From: a virus
Lineage: Duplodnaviria; Heunggongvirae; Uroviricota; Caudoviricetes
Virus record (IMG/VR): IMGVR_UViG_3300035515_000158
DNA: 64,000 nt
Direction: 5' to 3' (one strand)
Made by a program: the position numbers and the translations under genes. This document shows, piece after piece, positions 37,372 to 48,629 of the stretch; position 1 is the first letter of the stretch; every line of letters starts with the position of its first letter. Below the pieces are notes generated by a model. That model was not told the origin of the DNA. It saw only the letters and a list, made by a program, of their open reading frames with translations, and did no database searches.

Positions 37372-40300
37372 ATGGAACCAAAAGTAATTGGAACTATATC
37401 AAATAACTTGGAGATAATCAGGGGTATTCTTGAGAATAGGGATACTGAGATTAAACGTACTTTTCATGACATTATCACAGGAGATGATGTCAAATCTCTT
37501 ATATCATCTATTACAGAAAAGGTAGATGATATACATTCTGATACAGTCATGTTAAATGATAGTATGGGTAATGTATCAAGAGTTATTCAAAGAAATAATG
37601 ACTTAATCCAAGCAAATAACAATGATGCTCTGGTCAAAATCTTAAATGAAATATCAGTCAATGTCGCTGCGATTTTGAAAAAGACAGGGCCTCAATTATC
37701 TCCGGAAAATCGAAAAGACTTAGAAAACCTTATGAGAGAAACCCAAAAGGATTCAAGAATGAATAAGGTTATGGTAATGGTAAGTCTTATCTCTCAACTT
37801 AAAGCGATTTCATTAAAAGATTTCTTATTGGGTAAACGAAAGATTAAAAAGTTAGAAGAGCTATATGATCAAATAGGTGATGTCGTAAAAAAGAATAAAG
37901 ATGAGGACATAAAGAAAACCAGAGAATTTATAGATTCTGCGGTTGGTATGATGAAGAAATTGTCCAAGATTGCTCCATTAACTAAACTCGCTCAGATTGG
38001 TGCTAAGGGTATTGATAAAGTTCTATTTGGTAAAGATGGTAAAGGTGGATTGATGAAAACCATTAATGAGATACATAAAAACCAAAGAACTATAAAGAAG
38101 GCAAAGAAGGAAGTTGAAATCCTTTTAAGTTGTTGTGGTAAACTATTATTACTCTCATTGGCCTTATCAGCTATGGTTGTTGTTGGAATACCTGCGATGG
38201 CTGGTGCGATGGTTACTTATGGAATTGTTTGGACATTAGTTAGAATAGAGGAATTATTAAAACACAATAGTAAATCAATAAGGAAAGGTAATGTATCTGC
38301 TACCATGCTTATTTTAGGTATGGTTGGTATGATGGTTGGTCTTGTTGTTCTATACGAGGTTGCCAATGAAATGGAATGGGAAACCTTTGGTAAGATGGCC
38401 GCGACTATTGGATTATTGACTGGGGTAACTGTTTTAATGGGTATGTTACAAAAACCTGTTAAGAAAGGTGCTGAATCATTAGTCATCATGGGTATTGGTT
38501 ATCTTGCAGTGTCTATTTCTATGTTTATCATGTATCAGACTGTAAAAGGTGCTGATTGGGAAGAATTTGGAATGATTGCCGCGACCATAGGTATGTTTGG
38601 AGCGTTGACTTTACTAATGGGTATCGGACCTATTCCTGAATATATAATGGCGGGTGCGACTGCCTTAATCTTTATGGGTATTGGATATATTGGTATTGGT
38701 ATATCTATGATACTAATGTATAAATCTGTAAAGGGTTCTAACTGGGAGGAATTTGCCATGATTGCCGCGACCATTGGAACATTCGCTGGACTCGCCGCCC
38801 TTTGTGGTTTACCTGTTGTTGCTCCATTTATCATGATGGGTGCCTTTGTTTTGGGTATATTAGGTTTGTCATTAGTTGTTCTTGGTGGTGCTATTTATCT
38901 GTTTGGTAAAATGGTAACTGATGATTCTATTGAAAAAATCGCAACTGGTATTCCTAAGATATTGGATGCTATTACAAGTATGTTCAAATCTGATAAGGAA
39001 AATCCAAGTTTCGGTGATGGTATTCTTGGTGTTATATTAGGAGTTCTTAGATTAGGTGGTGCTTTGTTCGCCGCGGGAGCCTTGATGATGATAGGTATTG
39101 CCTTGGGTGTATTTGCACTCTGTCTAAAACCTTGGGAAAATGTCAAGATGAAAGCCATTGATAACTTTGGTAGAGCATACAACAAAATTAATAAGATATT
39201 CAAACTCGATGAACCCGGTGAAGGTGGAGCGGTGATGCAAATAAAGAATGGTATTGTTGGTCTTATTACATCAGCTCTTAGATTTGGTAAAACATTCTTC
39301 CAGATGGGTGTAATCTTACTGTCTGTATTCACAATGGGACTTATCAAAACCAATATCGAGAAATGGAAGAATTATGACCCAAAATCAATGAAGAATTTTG
39401 AAGATGCTTACACTTCTATTAAAAAGATATTCAAGATTGAGGATCCAGATGATAGTATTGGTGGAATTGGTGGTAGTATTGCGAATTTGGCTAATAATGT
39501 ACTTGGTCTGGCTTCGGCGATGTTCCAATTTGGTAAAACATTCTTCCAGATGGGAACAATCCTAATGTCAATGTTTGTAATGGATGTTGTTAGGGAGAAA
39601 ATGAATAAGTGGTCAAGAGATTATGATACAAAGGGTATTGCCAATTTTGAAGCTTGTTATGTTAAGATAAATGAATTGTTAGGTCTTGATAATAGTCAAA
39701 ATCCTTCTATTGGTGGTCTATGTAGTGATATATTCTCTTTAATATGTTCATTCTTTGAATTTGGAGCGACATTTTTTAGAATGGGTTCTATACTATTATC
39801 TATATGGGTAATGGATAAACTCTGTGATGCTACTAAAAAATGGAAAGATGTTGATCCAAAATCCTTAGATAATGTTGAAGCTTGTTTGAAAAAGGTTTAT
39901 AAAATATTTGGACTTGAAGATCCAGCAACATCAGGTGACAAATCTCTTGGTGAAAAAATAGGTAGTGGTATTAGTAACTTATTCTCACTTGGTTCTGCTC
40001 TGTTAGGTTGTGGTAATTCAATCGCAAACATGGCTCCAATTTTGATGGCTGTTGGTATTATAGACACATTAGCTGATGGATTGAACAAAATAAACAATCT
40101 GAAAGACCCTATCAAGAATGTTCAAACTATTGAGACTTGTATCAATAAAATTAAAAAATTCTATGAAAAGAATGACTTTGACAAGGCTGAGGACAAACTG
40201 GAAGATTGTAAAAAAATGTTTGATGAATTTAAGGATTTGGTTGAATTATTCCATGATTCTAAAAAATATTTCGACACAATCAATTCAATGAAAGACCCTG

Positions 40301-41481
40301 AGAATACTTTGTCAATAGTTGAAAAATGTGTAACAAAAATTAATGATTTCTTCAAAGATAAATCATATGGCAAGGCTGAGGACAGAATTGATGATTGTGA
40401 AGATATGTTTGATGAATACAAGGATTTAGTTGAAACGATAAGTAAATCTAAGAAGTATTTTGATACAATTAATGAGATGAAAAATCCATTAATTACCATA
40501 TCAACAGTTGAACAATGTGTAACAAGAATTAATGATTTTTATAAGTCACAGGATTTTGATGACTCTACAAAGAATATTAAAGACTGTAAAAAACTCATGA
40601 AGGAATTTAGAAATGTTGCTGATATATTTAGTGACATTAATAAAGACCTACAAACATTTAATGGTAAGAGTGTTCAAAAAATATATTTAGTTAGTAGAGC
40701 TGTTGGACATATCGGTGTATTCTATAAAAAACATAATTTCTCGGCTTCATTGGAAAACCTAAGAGATGCGGAGGAAATGATGGAATACTTTGTTGATATG
40801 GTAGAATATGCTGTTGATAGTGAAGAAGATATCGTTAAGTTTGAAGATTTATCAGATGTAATTATCAGAATATTGGATAAATGGAATCCAGAAGCATATG
40901 AACCCAGTATGATGAGTATAAATAGAACTGTCACTACTATGTTCAATATGTTAAATAAGAATGGTAATAACTATCGTAAGAATGTAACAAAGACAATATC
41001 TCTATTTAGATCACTTGAACGTCTTGAAAAATCTTGGGATGGTAAGAAAGTCGCAACACCTTTCAAACAAATAATCAATAAAGTCAATACAGTAAAACTT
41101 GATAGAGTTAGAGCTTTGACAAGTATGTTTAACTCTTTCGCTCAGTTAAAACAAAAGAGTATTTTCTCAGGTTTCAAAGATGCTGTCGATGATTTCACTA
41201 AGGCTTGTATTCAATTAGTGGATGCTATAAATGGTAATACTGACGCCTTGAATGAAAGTAGTGATAATACTCAAACAAATGAAACAGACACTAAGACAGA
41301 TACACAAACTACCAATAATGGAAATTCTAAGTCTATAAGAATATCTAACATTGATGAACTCGCAATGGCAATAGCTCGTCGAATAGGTAATGGTAATCGT
41401 AATTCCGGTGGTGGTTCTTCAACTATTGATTTGAGAATTAATGGTGAAGGTGGAGATATGTGGACTATCAGAAGATATTAA
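37372..41481 (+). CDS. Tape-measure-like protein
   Basis: 1369 aa, helical, with repeated hydrophobic WEEFGMIAATIG blocks and FGKTFFQMG repeats. Confidence 0.6.
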   Translation: MEPKVIGTISNNLEIIRGILENRDTEIKRTFHDIITGDDVKSLISSITEKVDDIHSDTVMLNDSMGNVSRVIQRNNDLIQANNNDALVKILNEISVNVAAILKKTGPQLSPENRKDLENLMRETQKDSRMNKVMVMVSLISQLKAISLKDFLLGKRKIKKLEELYDQIGDVVKKNKDEDIKKTREFIDSAVGMMKKLSKIAPLTKLAQIGAKGIDKVLFGKDGKGGLMKTINEIHKNQRTIKKAKKEVEILLSCCGKLLLLSLALSAMVVVGIPAMAGAMVTYGIVWTLVRIEELLKHNSKSIRKGNVSATMLILGMVGMMVGLVVLYEVANEMEWETFGKMAATIGLLTGVTVLMGMLQKPVKKGAESLVIMGIGYLAVSISMFIMYQTVKGADWEEFGMIAATIGMFGALTLLMGIGPIPEYIMAGATALIFMGIGYIGIGISMILMYKSVKGSNWEEFAMIAATIGTFAGLAALCGLPVVAPFIMMGAFVLGILGLSLVVLGGAIYLFGKMVTDDSIEKIATGIPKILDAITSMFKSDKENPSFGDGILGVILGVLRLGGALFAAGALMMIGIALGVFALCLKPWENVKMKAIDNFGRAYNKINKIFKLDEPGEGGAVMQIKNGIVGLITSALRFGKTFFQMGVILLSVFTMGLIKTNIEKWKNYDPKSMKNFEDAYTSIKKIFKIEDPDDSIGGIGGSIANLANNVLGLASAMFQFGKTFFQMGTILMSMFVMDVVREKMNKWSRDYDTKGIANFEACYVKINELLGLDNSQNPSIGGLCSDIFSLICSFFEFGATFFRMGSILLSIWVMDKLCDATKKWKDVDPKSLDNVEACLKKVYKIFGLEDPATSGDKSLGEKIGSGISNLFSLGSALLGCGNSIANMAPILMAVGIIDTLADGLNKINNLKDPIKNVQTIETCINKIKKFYEKNDFDKAEDKLEDCKKMFDEFKDLVELFHDSKKYFDTINSMKDPENTLSIVEKCVTKINDFFKDKSYGKAEDRIDDCEDMFDEYKDLVETISKSKKYFDTINEMKNPLITISTVEQCVTRINDFYKSQDFDDSTKNIKDCKKLMKEFRNVADIFSDINKDLQTFNGKSVQKIYLVSRAVGHIGVFYKKHNFSASLENLRDAEEMMEYFVDMVEYAVDSEEDIVKFEDLSDVIIRILDKWNPEAYEPSMMSINRTVTTMFNMLNKNGNNYRKNVTKTISLFRSLERLEKSWDGKKVATPFKQIINKVNTVKLDRVRALTSMFNSFAQLKQKSIFSGFKDAVDDFTKACIQLVDAINGNTDALNESSDNTQTNETDTKTDTQTTNNGNSKSIRISNIDELAMAIARRIGNGNRNSGGGSSTIDLRINGEGGDMWTIRRY

Positions 41482-41618
41482 CATTAAATATATTTTGTTT
41501 TAACATACATATATTCAAGTAACTGAAAAGATAATTTACTTTATAGAACAGTAAGAGAATACAAGTTAACAAAAAATAAAAATTTGTTATATTTATTTAT
41601 AAATAATCAAAGATGTAA

Positions 41619-42629
41619 ATGGCAAAAAAACCTGAAACCTATGACGAACAAATTTTGAAGGAATTTGAAGAGTCACAAAAGGGTATTAATAATGAAGATG
41701 TAAAAAAGATTACCAAGTCTGAGGATTTGGGACAAGTTAAATTTACCGGAACAAAGGAAGTTTTAGATAATGACCCAAATATTCAACGTATAAATGCTTC
41801 TATTGGATATATCAACATTCCATTAGAGTGTTTACCCAGTCAAGGTAGATATTACCCTGATGATACACGAATTAGTATCAGAGCTGCGAGGGTAGGTGAA
41901 ATTCGTGAGTTTTCTACTGTTGATGAGAATGACATGAAGGACATTATTGACAAACTTACTTATATGGTTTCTCAATGTGTAAATGTTTATTTTGGTAATG
42001 TTAAGGGTTCATATAAGGACATTATTACTGCTGATAGAATTGTACTTATCTTGAAAATTCGTGAACTTACCTTTGTGGATGGAGCTTCAAGTATTAAGAT
42101 ACCTGTTCCCAGTGGTGCTTGTAAAACAGTTGGATGTAAACCACAAGATACCATTGACTTTAACACAGCAAGTCTTTCATTTGTTCAACCAGACCCATTG
42201 ATGGAGAAATATTATGATGCTACTCAAAAGTGTTATAATGTTGAAACTAAGAATTATGGCGTGATTAGTTTGTATCCACCTAACATTGGTGTATCAACCG
42301 CTATTACTGATTGGGGAGTAAAACAACAAAGAGAAAATAAGAAGATTGATGCCTCATTGGTGGACATTCTTCAATTTGTGATTAAAGATTGGAGAGGTCT
42401 TTCTGATAAGATGATTTTTTCTAAGTTGACTGAATTGGCTGGATGGTCTACCGAAAAATTCACACTGGTATATAGAATTATTGAAAAGATTAATGTTGGT
42501 ATCGAGTTTAATGTTAAGGCTCAGTGTGCTTCGTGTGGAGGGGAGATAGAAGTTCCCATTACGTTTCCCGACGGATATAAATCCCTATTTGTTCCGACAA
42601 TTTCAGATATCGGAGACGAACTTCTATGA
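41619..42629 (+). CDS. Baseplate hub/tail assembly chaperone (gp26-like)
   Basis: LPSQGRYYP, DRIVLILKIRELTF, C-terminal CASCG; both middle (41583) and late (41598) motifs upstream. Confidence 0.6.
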   Translation: MAKKPETYDEQILKEFEESQKGINNEDVKKITKSEDLGQVKFTGTKEVLDNDPNIQRINASIGYINIPLECLPSQGRYYPDDTRISIRAARVGEIREFSTVDENDMKDIIDKLTYMVSQCVNVYFGNVKGSYKDIITADRIVLILKIRELTFVDGASSIKIPVPSGACKTVGCKPQDTIDFNTASLSFVQPDPLMEKYYDATQKCYNVETKNYGVISLYPPNIGVSTAITDWGVKQQRENKKIDASLVDILQFVIKDWRGLSDKMIFSKLTELAGWSTEKFTLVYRIIEKINVGIEFNVKAQCASCGGEIEVPITFPDGYKSLFVPTISDIGDELL

Positions 42630-42897
42630 TAATGTTGTTGTTGCCATGGAAAAACTTAACATGGACTACAACACTATTATGAATCTTTGGTTTTATGATT
42701 TCCAAAATATCTTAGCATCATTCCAGAGAATACTTGAACAAAGAAATAAAGCTGAGGAAGATGAAGCTAAGAGACAAGGATATGATACTAATAAGTTTAC
42801 ACCCAATAATCTTATGAAATCTGCGAATAATATGATGAAGTCACCTATGGGTGGAAGTGGGTTTAAGATGCCGAATATGGGTGGACTAAAATTATAA
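42550..42897 (+). CDS. Small chaperone partner (gp51/GT-like), possibly reached by +1 frameshift
   Basis: NFYDNVVVAMEKLNMDYNTIMNLWFYDF pattern; frame open from 42550, overlapping the upstream gene, with only a TTG start. Confidence 0.55.
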   Translation, partial: KFPLRFPTDINPYLFRQFQISETNFYDNVVVAMEKLNMDYNTIMNLWFYDFQNILASFQRILEQRNKAEEDEAKRQGYDTNKFTPNNLMKSANNMMKSPMGGSGFKMPNMGGLKL

Positions 42898-42933
42898 AAG
42901 AGTGGAGATTTAATTTTCTCCACTCTTTCTTTT
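42897..42933. terminator. Bidirectional terminator
   Basis: AAAGAGTGGAGA/TCTCCACTCTTT between convergent genes. Confidence 0.8.
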
Positions 42934-43382
42934 TATAGATTCTTTAAGTATTGTTTCCATTGATATACTGAACCAAGTTCATCAAATTTCTTTTTTGACC
43001 TTGCTGATATATATTTACTAAGATTTGTTCCATCATAATTTACAGGATATGATGTGTCATTTTCATTAGCATAGGCTTCCATTTCATAAGGAATTAAATA
43101 ATATGCGGATGTAAATGGTAGTCCTTTAATCCAATAACCTAAATATTTCAAATAGAATTTCCACCAACTACCAACTTTCTGAGCTTGTTTCAGATGAATT
43201 GACTCATGAGTTTTAGTAACTTGATTTATTTTACTTGGGTCTTTTCTTGTCACTAAACGGCCACACCATGTCATTGCTGAGTATCCACTAAATGGGAAAT
43301 GTTTCATCTGAACTATTTCCATTTCATCAAAGTCACTTGGTTTAGAAAATAACCACTTAATTAAAGTCCAAAGTTCTTTCAT
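42933..43382 (-). CDS. Small zincin-like protein
   Basis: HESIH (HExxH) with downstream YEMEAY. Confidence 0.6.
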   Translation of the reverse strand: MKELWTLIKWLFSKPSDFDEMEIVQMKHFPFSGYSAMTWCGRLVTRKDPSKINQVTKTHESIHLKQAQKVGSWWKFYLKYLGYWIKGLPFTSAYYLIPYEMEAYANENDTSYPVNYDGTNLSKYISARSKKKFDELGSVYQWKQYLKNL

Positions 43383-43398
43383 AATAATTGTTTATTGT

Positions 43399-46300
43399 TT
43401 ATGTTCGGAATACATTTCCTAAGTCACGAAAAGATGACATAACATCTTTTTTAGTATTTTGTTTACCTAAATCTGTTGAAGTATCTGTCACTTCTGTATC
43501 TTGAGGAATCGTCCCTAAATCATTTGTATCTGTTTTTGATATACTGTCTTCTTCAACTTTACCTAATTGATTAACTGAATTACTAACTTTTGTTTCCTGA
43601 TTTAGTTTACCAATAGAATTAATATTTGTTATCAATGTATCAGTTTCTTGTTTTCCAATATTACTTGAAACATTATTTACCTCAACATCATTTTCTAATT
43701 GACCCAAATCTGTAATCATTGAATTAACAGTATCATCAGGTATTACATCTCCGATTTCAGTAATGATTTTTGTAGGTGTTATATTAGATGAACTGGTTTG
43801 GCCGATTTCACTAACATTTGATTTATCAGTTTCTGGTGTAATATTAGTATAACCAATTTCACTAACATTATCTTTTACTTTTACATCATCTTTAATTTGA
43901 CCAATTTCATCTACAATATCACCTCTAATTGGTGTACTAATTTCATTTGGAACTTCTTTTGTCATCTTTTTAACTTCTGTATTAAAATTCATTTGACCGA
44001 TTTCAGAAACATCATCACCCAAATCTGTTTCATTATTAGTTACTGTTCCAAGTTCGTTTGTTGTATTTGTTATATTGGTTACATCTTTTAAATTACCCAA
44101 ATCTAAAACATTATCACCAATTTCAACATCACCTGATAAATAACCAATATCATTTATCATCTTTGTTATATCAGTTGAATCATTCAAATCACCCAAACCT
44201 GATGTTTCACCTGTAACGAATGACACATCATAATCACCATCTATTTCTTTAGGTGTGGATACAACGGCAACAAAGTCATTTAAGTCACCTAAGTCTTTAC
44301 TCGTTCCTGTTGGTTTTTCTGGACCGTATGGTGAATCAATATCACTTGTCTTACCATTAACATTAGGTGTGTCATATTGATTACCTAAGTTATTAGTTTG
44401 TCCGGATAAATTAACAGTAGATGACAATTCACCAAGGTCTGTAATATTATCTATAACTTCACCATTACCCTTAACTTTACCTACTTTGTCAGTTGTACCT
44501 ATAACATCAGTATCCATTCTTATCTCACCAGCATCATCAATGATATCAACGGGAGGTACATTTGATGGATAAACAAGACCTAACTCTCTTGCTACACCAG
44601 ATGCAGGTCTACCAGTGGAAGCGGAAATACCAGCGACAAATACATCATTTACATTACCAAGATAACCTTCATAAAATCTATATCTGTCACCAACACCTTC
44701 AGTTGCGGATTGCCACCAATAAGACTGATACTCACTTCCTGTTGGTTTTATTCTTTTATTATCTTTGTATTCAATATTACTGTACTCATTATTTGTTCTA
44801 TAGTCTCCATTTGATGCTCTTGTATCTGTAAGTGAATTTTTTTCATATGTTTGAACACTCGAAGAACTTTGTGAACCAACATAGTTTCTATACAAATCCT
44901 CGAATGGTAAGAAGTTAATTACACAGTTTCCATATTTGAAAGTGAAATTGGTCATTAATCCTTCACCACCTTCCGCATTGTTTATCTCTGAAAATATATT
45001 ACCTGTTTCACCGGGTACAATTTCACAATCATAAAATTTAAATTCAACAACACTAAGATAATTCAAAGCTAATTCAACAATCTTACTTGATGAACTACTA
45101 TCATCAACACCACTAAATTTATCAGCAATTTGTTTTAGACTACCTTTAAAGTTTCTAATGTCATGAACATAAATTGAACAGTTAAATCTTCTTAAATTCA
45201 TAGGAACTCTTTCACGTCTCCATTCCCTATCATACACCGCATTGAAATACTTATTGAATGTAGATGATATTTTTAAGTCCAAAGATTCATAACAGGCTAT
45301 TGAAATTGTATCATCACCAGAACCTCTATATGGATCTGAAACTTGGAAATATTTTTTGTAAACTTCATCCAATCCAGATACTGTTTGAAATACATATGGA
45401 TACTCTGTTGTTATCTTTTTGAACCCCGTTATAAACCCAACCATATCGGTTACAGTTTGTGGTAATGTGTTATCGGAATAATCAACATCTGTAGTTGTTT
45501 GTGTATCTGCTGTCTTTATTGTTGATGATGTTGACGTTGTACTTGTTGTTTCAGTATCATCACTAAGACTATTCAACTGGGCTTTTAATTTTTCAAGTTC
45601 TATTTTTTTATTGTTATATTCTGTGGTATATTGTAAATCATCTATATCTTCATATGAACTCAATTCATCTTCACAGGACATTTGTATTACTTGTAAATCA
45701 TGTAAATGGTCATTTCCATCAAGTTTTGCGGTTAATAATGTCTGTTTTTGTTCCGTATCAAGTAACTTCCATTTTGATTTATCACCTAAATAAGTATTAG
45801 CCAATGTTTGTTTAACACTTTTTTGGTTACTATAATCATCAGAAGTAACATCTATTGACGCGTTTGTTGCATTAGTCTTTAAATCGGTATATGTGTTATA
45901 TATTGAGTTAATACCTTCACCATCTTTATTTAACAATGAATCAACAGTATTACTTCGTATTTCACTCAACTGTGATTGATAATTAGATACAAGAGTTTTG
46001 AAATCAGATATATTTGAACATGCTGTTTCATAATCAGACTTGGCCTTTTCATAAGCATCTACAATTTTTTGTTCATCACCTAATTTTTCATATAGTTCTT
46101 GTAATTCTTTTTCTGTGGTTTCAATTTGTTTTTTTAGTTTATCAACTTCACTTTCTGAACTACTATCTGAAGTTGTAGTTTCAGTTGTTTCATCTTTTAT
46201 ATCATCATCAGCTTCATCTTTAATTTCTTTTGTCCATTGAAGACTTGATGCATCCTCATGGAAATTTTTACTAACAGTTCCACTTGTACTATCAACCATA

Positions 46301-46713
46301 TATATATAATCAACCGCACCATAAATTAATTCATCATTATATACATTTTCTTGTAATCCATAACCTATTGATTTAGATGTATCATCAAATGTATCTTTAG
46401 ATGACATTGATGTTATATAGTCTTCAGTATAAGATGAATTTTCATTAATTTTAGTCCATGCTGAGTTTAGACTGGTTTGTATTTGATCAGCCAGACTATC
46501 TCCTGTGACTCCACTATATTCATTAACACCTTTAAATAGTGGAGAATATAATGTGTCAAGACTTAAAGTAAAACCTGTTAAAATGGGATCTTCTATACCA
46601 TTATATGTACTACCATCAACAATCTTATTACCAACTTTATAGAAATTGTTTTTACGATTGCTGTGACCATACAAATAACCATATTGAAGTTCTGTTAAAT
46701 TATTATCACTCAT
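43399..46713 (-). CDS. Large structural protein: coiled coil, tube-initiator-like domain and C-terminal repeats
   Basis: 1104 aa; NLRRFNCSIYVHDIRNF and FKFYDCEI; C-terminal third made of about 18-aa (D/E)(L/I)G repeats. Confidence 0.5.
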   Translation of the reverse strand: MSDNNLTELQYGYLYGHSNRKNNFYKVGNKIVDGSTYNGIEDPILTGFTLSLDTLYSPLFKGVNEYSGVTGDSLADQIQTSLNSAWTKINENSSYTEDYITSMSSKDTFDDTSKSIGYGLQENVYNDELIYGAVDYIYMVDSTSGTVSKNFHEDASSLQWTKEIKDEADDDIKDETTETTTSDSSSESEVDKLKKQIETTEKELQELYEKLGDEQKIVDAYEKAKSDYETACSNISDFKTLVSNYQSQLSEIRSNTVDSLLNKDGEGINSIYNTYTDLKTNATNASIDVTSDDYSNQKSVKQTLANTYLGDKSKWKLLDTEQKQTLLTAKLDGNDHLHDLQVIQMSCEDELSSYEDIDDLQYTTEYNNKKIELEKLKAQLNSLSDDTETTSTTSTSSTIKTADTQTTTDVDYSDNTLPQTVTDMVGFITGFKKITTEYPYVFQTVSGLDEVYKKYFQVSDPYRGSGDDTISIACYESLDLKISSTFNKYFNAVYDREWRRERVPMNLRRFNCSIYVHDIRNFKGSLKQIADKFSGVDDSSSSSKIVELALNYLSVVEFKFYDCEIVPGETGNIFSEINNAEGGEGLMTNFTFKYGNCVINFLPFEDLYRNYVGSQSSSSVQTYEKNSLTDTRASNGDYRTNNEYSNIEYKDNKRIKPTGSEYQSYWWQSATEGVGDRYRFYEGYLGNVNDVFVAGISASTGRPASGVARELGLVYPSNVPPVDIIDDAGEIRMDTDVIGTTDKVGKVKGNGEVIDNITDLGELSSTVNLSGQTNNLGNQYDTPNVNGKTSDIDSPYGPEKPTGTSKDLGDLNDFVAVVSTPKEIDGDYDVSFVTGETSGLGDLNDSTDITKMINDIGYLSGDVEIGDNVLDLGNLKDVTNITNTTNELGTVTNNETDLGDDVSEIGQMNFNTEVKKMTKEVPNEISTPIRGDIVDEIGQIKDDVKVKDNVSEIGYTNITPETDKSNVSEIGQTSSSNITPTKIITEIGDVIPDDTVNSMITDLGQLENDVEVNNVSSNIGKQETDTLITNINSIGKLNQETKVSNSVNQLGKVEEDSISKTDTNDLGTIPQDTEVTDTSTDLGKQNTKKDVMSSFRDLGNVFRT

Positions 46714-46730
46714 TATATTTTATATCTTTC

Positions 46731-48629
46731 TTAGTATGAAAAATCATCTATACTTTTGAATATATTTTCCGGAAGATTGTCATCCTTATATTTATCAACA
46801 GCTAACTTTGCGGTTTTATACTCATCTTTATATAGAGGTTTACGTTCAATTCGATTAAGTGTTAAAACAGTTTTCATATTTGTATCATATTGACTATAAA
46901 TGATTTTCATCTCTGTAACAACATACCATCCAGATAAACTACGATTATAATTACCTCTTGGAAAGTTTTCATTGTTTGATGATGTTTTGTACACTTGTTC
47001 ACCTTCAGAATTAGTGGTCACATATTTTCTTTTTGATTGACCTTCATCTTCATAGTATATAATATTCTCATTTATCTTTTGTTTTAACTTTTTCCAATCA
47101 TTTGTTTCTTCAGAAGTTGAATTTGTGTAGTTTGTATCCGGTTTAATATTCTGTGTTGATTGACTATTCATGTCATATATGTCAACCCATATTCTACTGA
47201 ACTTTGTAATTGCAGGGTTATAGTTTTGTAATGTTACTCTTAATCCACATTTCTTCAAACATTTCATTTGATAATCATTCTGAGCATTAGCGAAGTAATA
47301 CTGTTTGAACATATTAGATGTATCAACTTCTCCAAAATTAACAAAGGATTCAACCTCAGACATCTTATCAATACTTGTCACTTCTGAGTTCTGATAATCT
47401 GAATTGTTTATCTGCATCAAATTAATTGGAATATATGTAGATTGTGTAACTTCATCAGGTAGAGGATTTATTATCTGTGTTGTCGAATCCCTTTCTAAGT
47501 TATCAATAGGTGCAATAACAAACTCATAATTTGAACCCCATCCACCACTATTTGTATCTGAATAAGTAACGTGTTTCCTATATCCATCACTCATAGATGA
47601 ATATCCATCACTTATTTCATTATAAGATTCAATGTAATTAGTCCAACCATGAAAATAACTATCATTAGAAATAAAATAATAACTTACTTTTTGTGTTGGG
47701 TTTTTATAATTACTATCTCTCGAATCAACAGAAATTTGGTCAGTTGTTGATTTATTCTTACCTTCATTTGATGACTTATCTACACTTGGTTCTTCATCTT
47801 GTTGGTAATTAGAATATATCATACCCGGAGTGTCTGTCTTAGAACCACCATGTGATAAAAGACTATGACATTCTACGAAATTTAATACATAATACTGATC
47901 AACAAATGCCGTGAAAAATGTATTGGGAGAATAACAGGCATGATTGGCAATTTCTCTCATGAAGTCAAAATATGTTGTTCCCAAAGCATTTTCCCACTTC
48001 ATTTCATCAATAGTTGTGAATGTAAAATTGGTAGAAAAACCAAGACCTGTATATACCGCCAAGTTAAATAATTCCTGCATAGATGTTGCTGGATAATTAC
48101 TCCATGATTCTTTTCTGTAACCCATTGGAACATTTAAGGTGGCTGATACTCTATAATGCATAAAATCACCTTGGTTCTGATTACCTGAATTTAGTTTCTT
48201 AATATCAGTAATCATAAAATCTTGTCTAATTGGTTTGTAGTATAGTTCATCACCAAGACCACCAACATAAACTTTTAATATAGAACCATCCTTTAATGAA
48301 TTTGTAGATAACATTCTATTATCAGTATCTACAAATTCAACCATCGCAGTGGGAATGAAACTATTATAATCCAAAAAGAAATCAGTTATTGAATGTTGGT
48401 CAATCATTTGAGAATTGATAGAAACCAAAGGCAATCTGAATGACATACGATCTGGAATCGCATTAGAGATTAGTTTGTCTTTCTTTTGAATGACAAACTC
48501 AGTAACACTAAGTGCTGGTTCCAACAACTGAACAGAATTGATGTCTTTCGCTTCCAAATTAATGTAACGATTATTATCATCAACACCATTCAGTGGAAAA
48601 ATTGTACTATATATTTCATTTAAATCCAT
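46731..48629 (-). CDS. Baseplate hub protein (gp27/gpD-like)
   Basis: C-terminal LSGWYVVTEMKIIY...VLTLNR hub motif. Confidence 0.55.
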   Translation of the reverse strand: MDLNEIYSTIFPLNGVDDNNRYINLEAKDINSVQLLEPALSVTEFVIQKKDKLISNAIPDRMSFRLPLVSINSQMIDQHSITDFFLDYNSFIPTAMVEFVDTDNRMLSTNSLKDGSILKVYVGGLGDELYYKPIRQDFMITDIKKLNSGNQNQGDFMHYRVSATLNVPMGYRKESWSNYPATSMQELFNLAVYTGLGFSTNFTFTTIDEMKWENALGTTYFDFMREIANHACYSPNTFFTAFVDQYYVLNFVECHSLLSHGGSKTDTPGMIYSNYQQDEEPSVDKSSNEGKNKSTTDQISVDSRDSNYKNPTQKVSYYFISNDSYFHGWTNYIESYNEISDGYSSMSDGYRKHVTYSDTNSGGWGSNYEFVIAPIDNLERDSTTQIINPLPDEVTQSTYIPINLMQINNSDYQNSEVTSIDKMSEVESFVNFGEVDTSNMFKQYYFANAQNDYQMKCLKKCGLRVTLQNYNPAITKFSRIWVDIYDMNSQSTQNIKPDTNYTNSTSEETNDWKKLKQKINENIIYYEDEGQSKRKYVTTNSEGEQVYKTSSNNENFPRGNYNRSLSGWYVVTEMKIIYSQYDTNMKTVLTLNRIERKPLYKDEYKTAKLAVDKYKDDNLPENIFKSIDDFSY

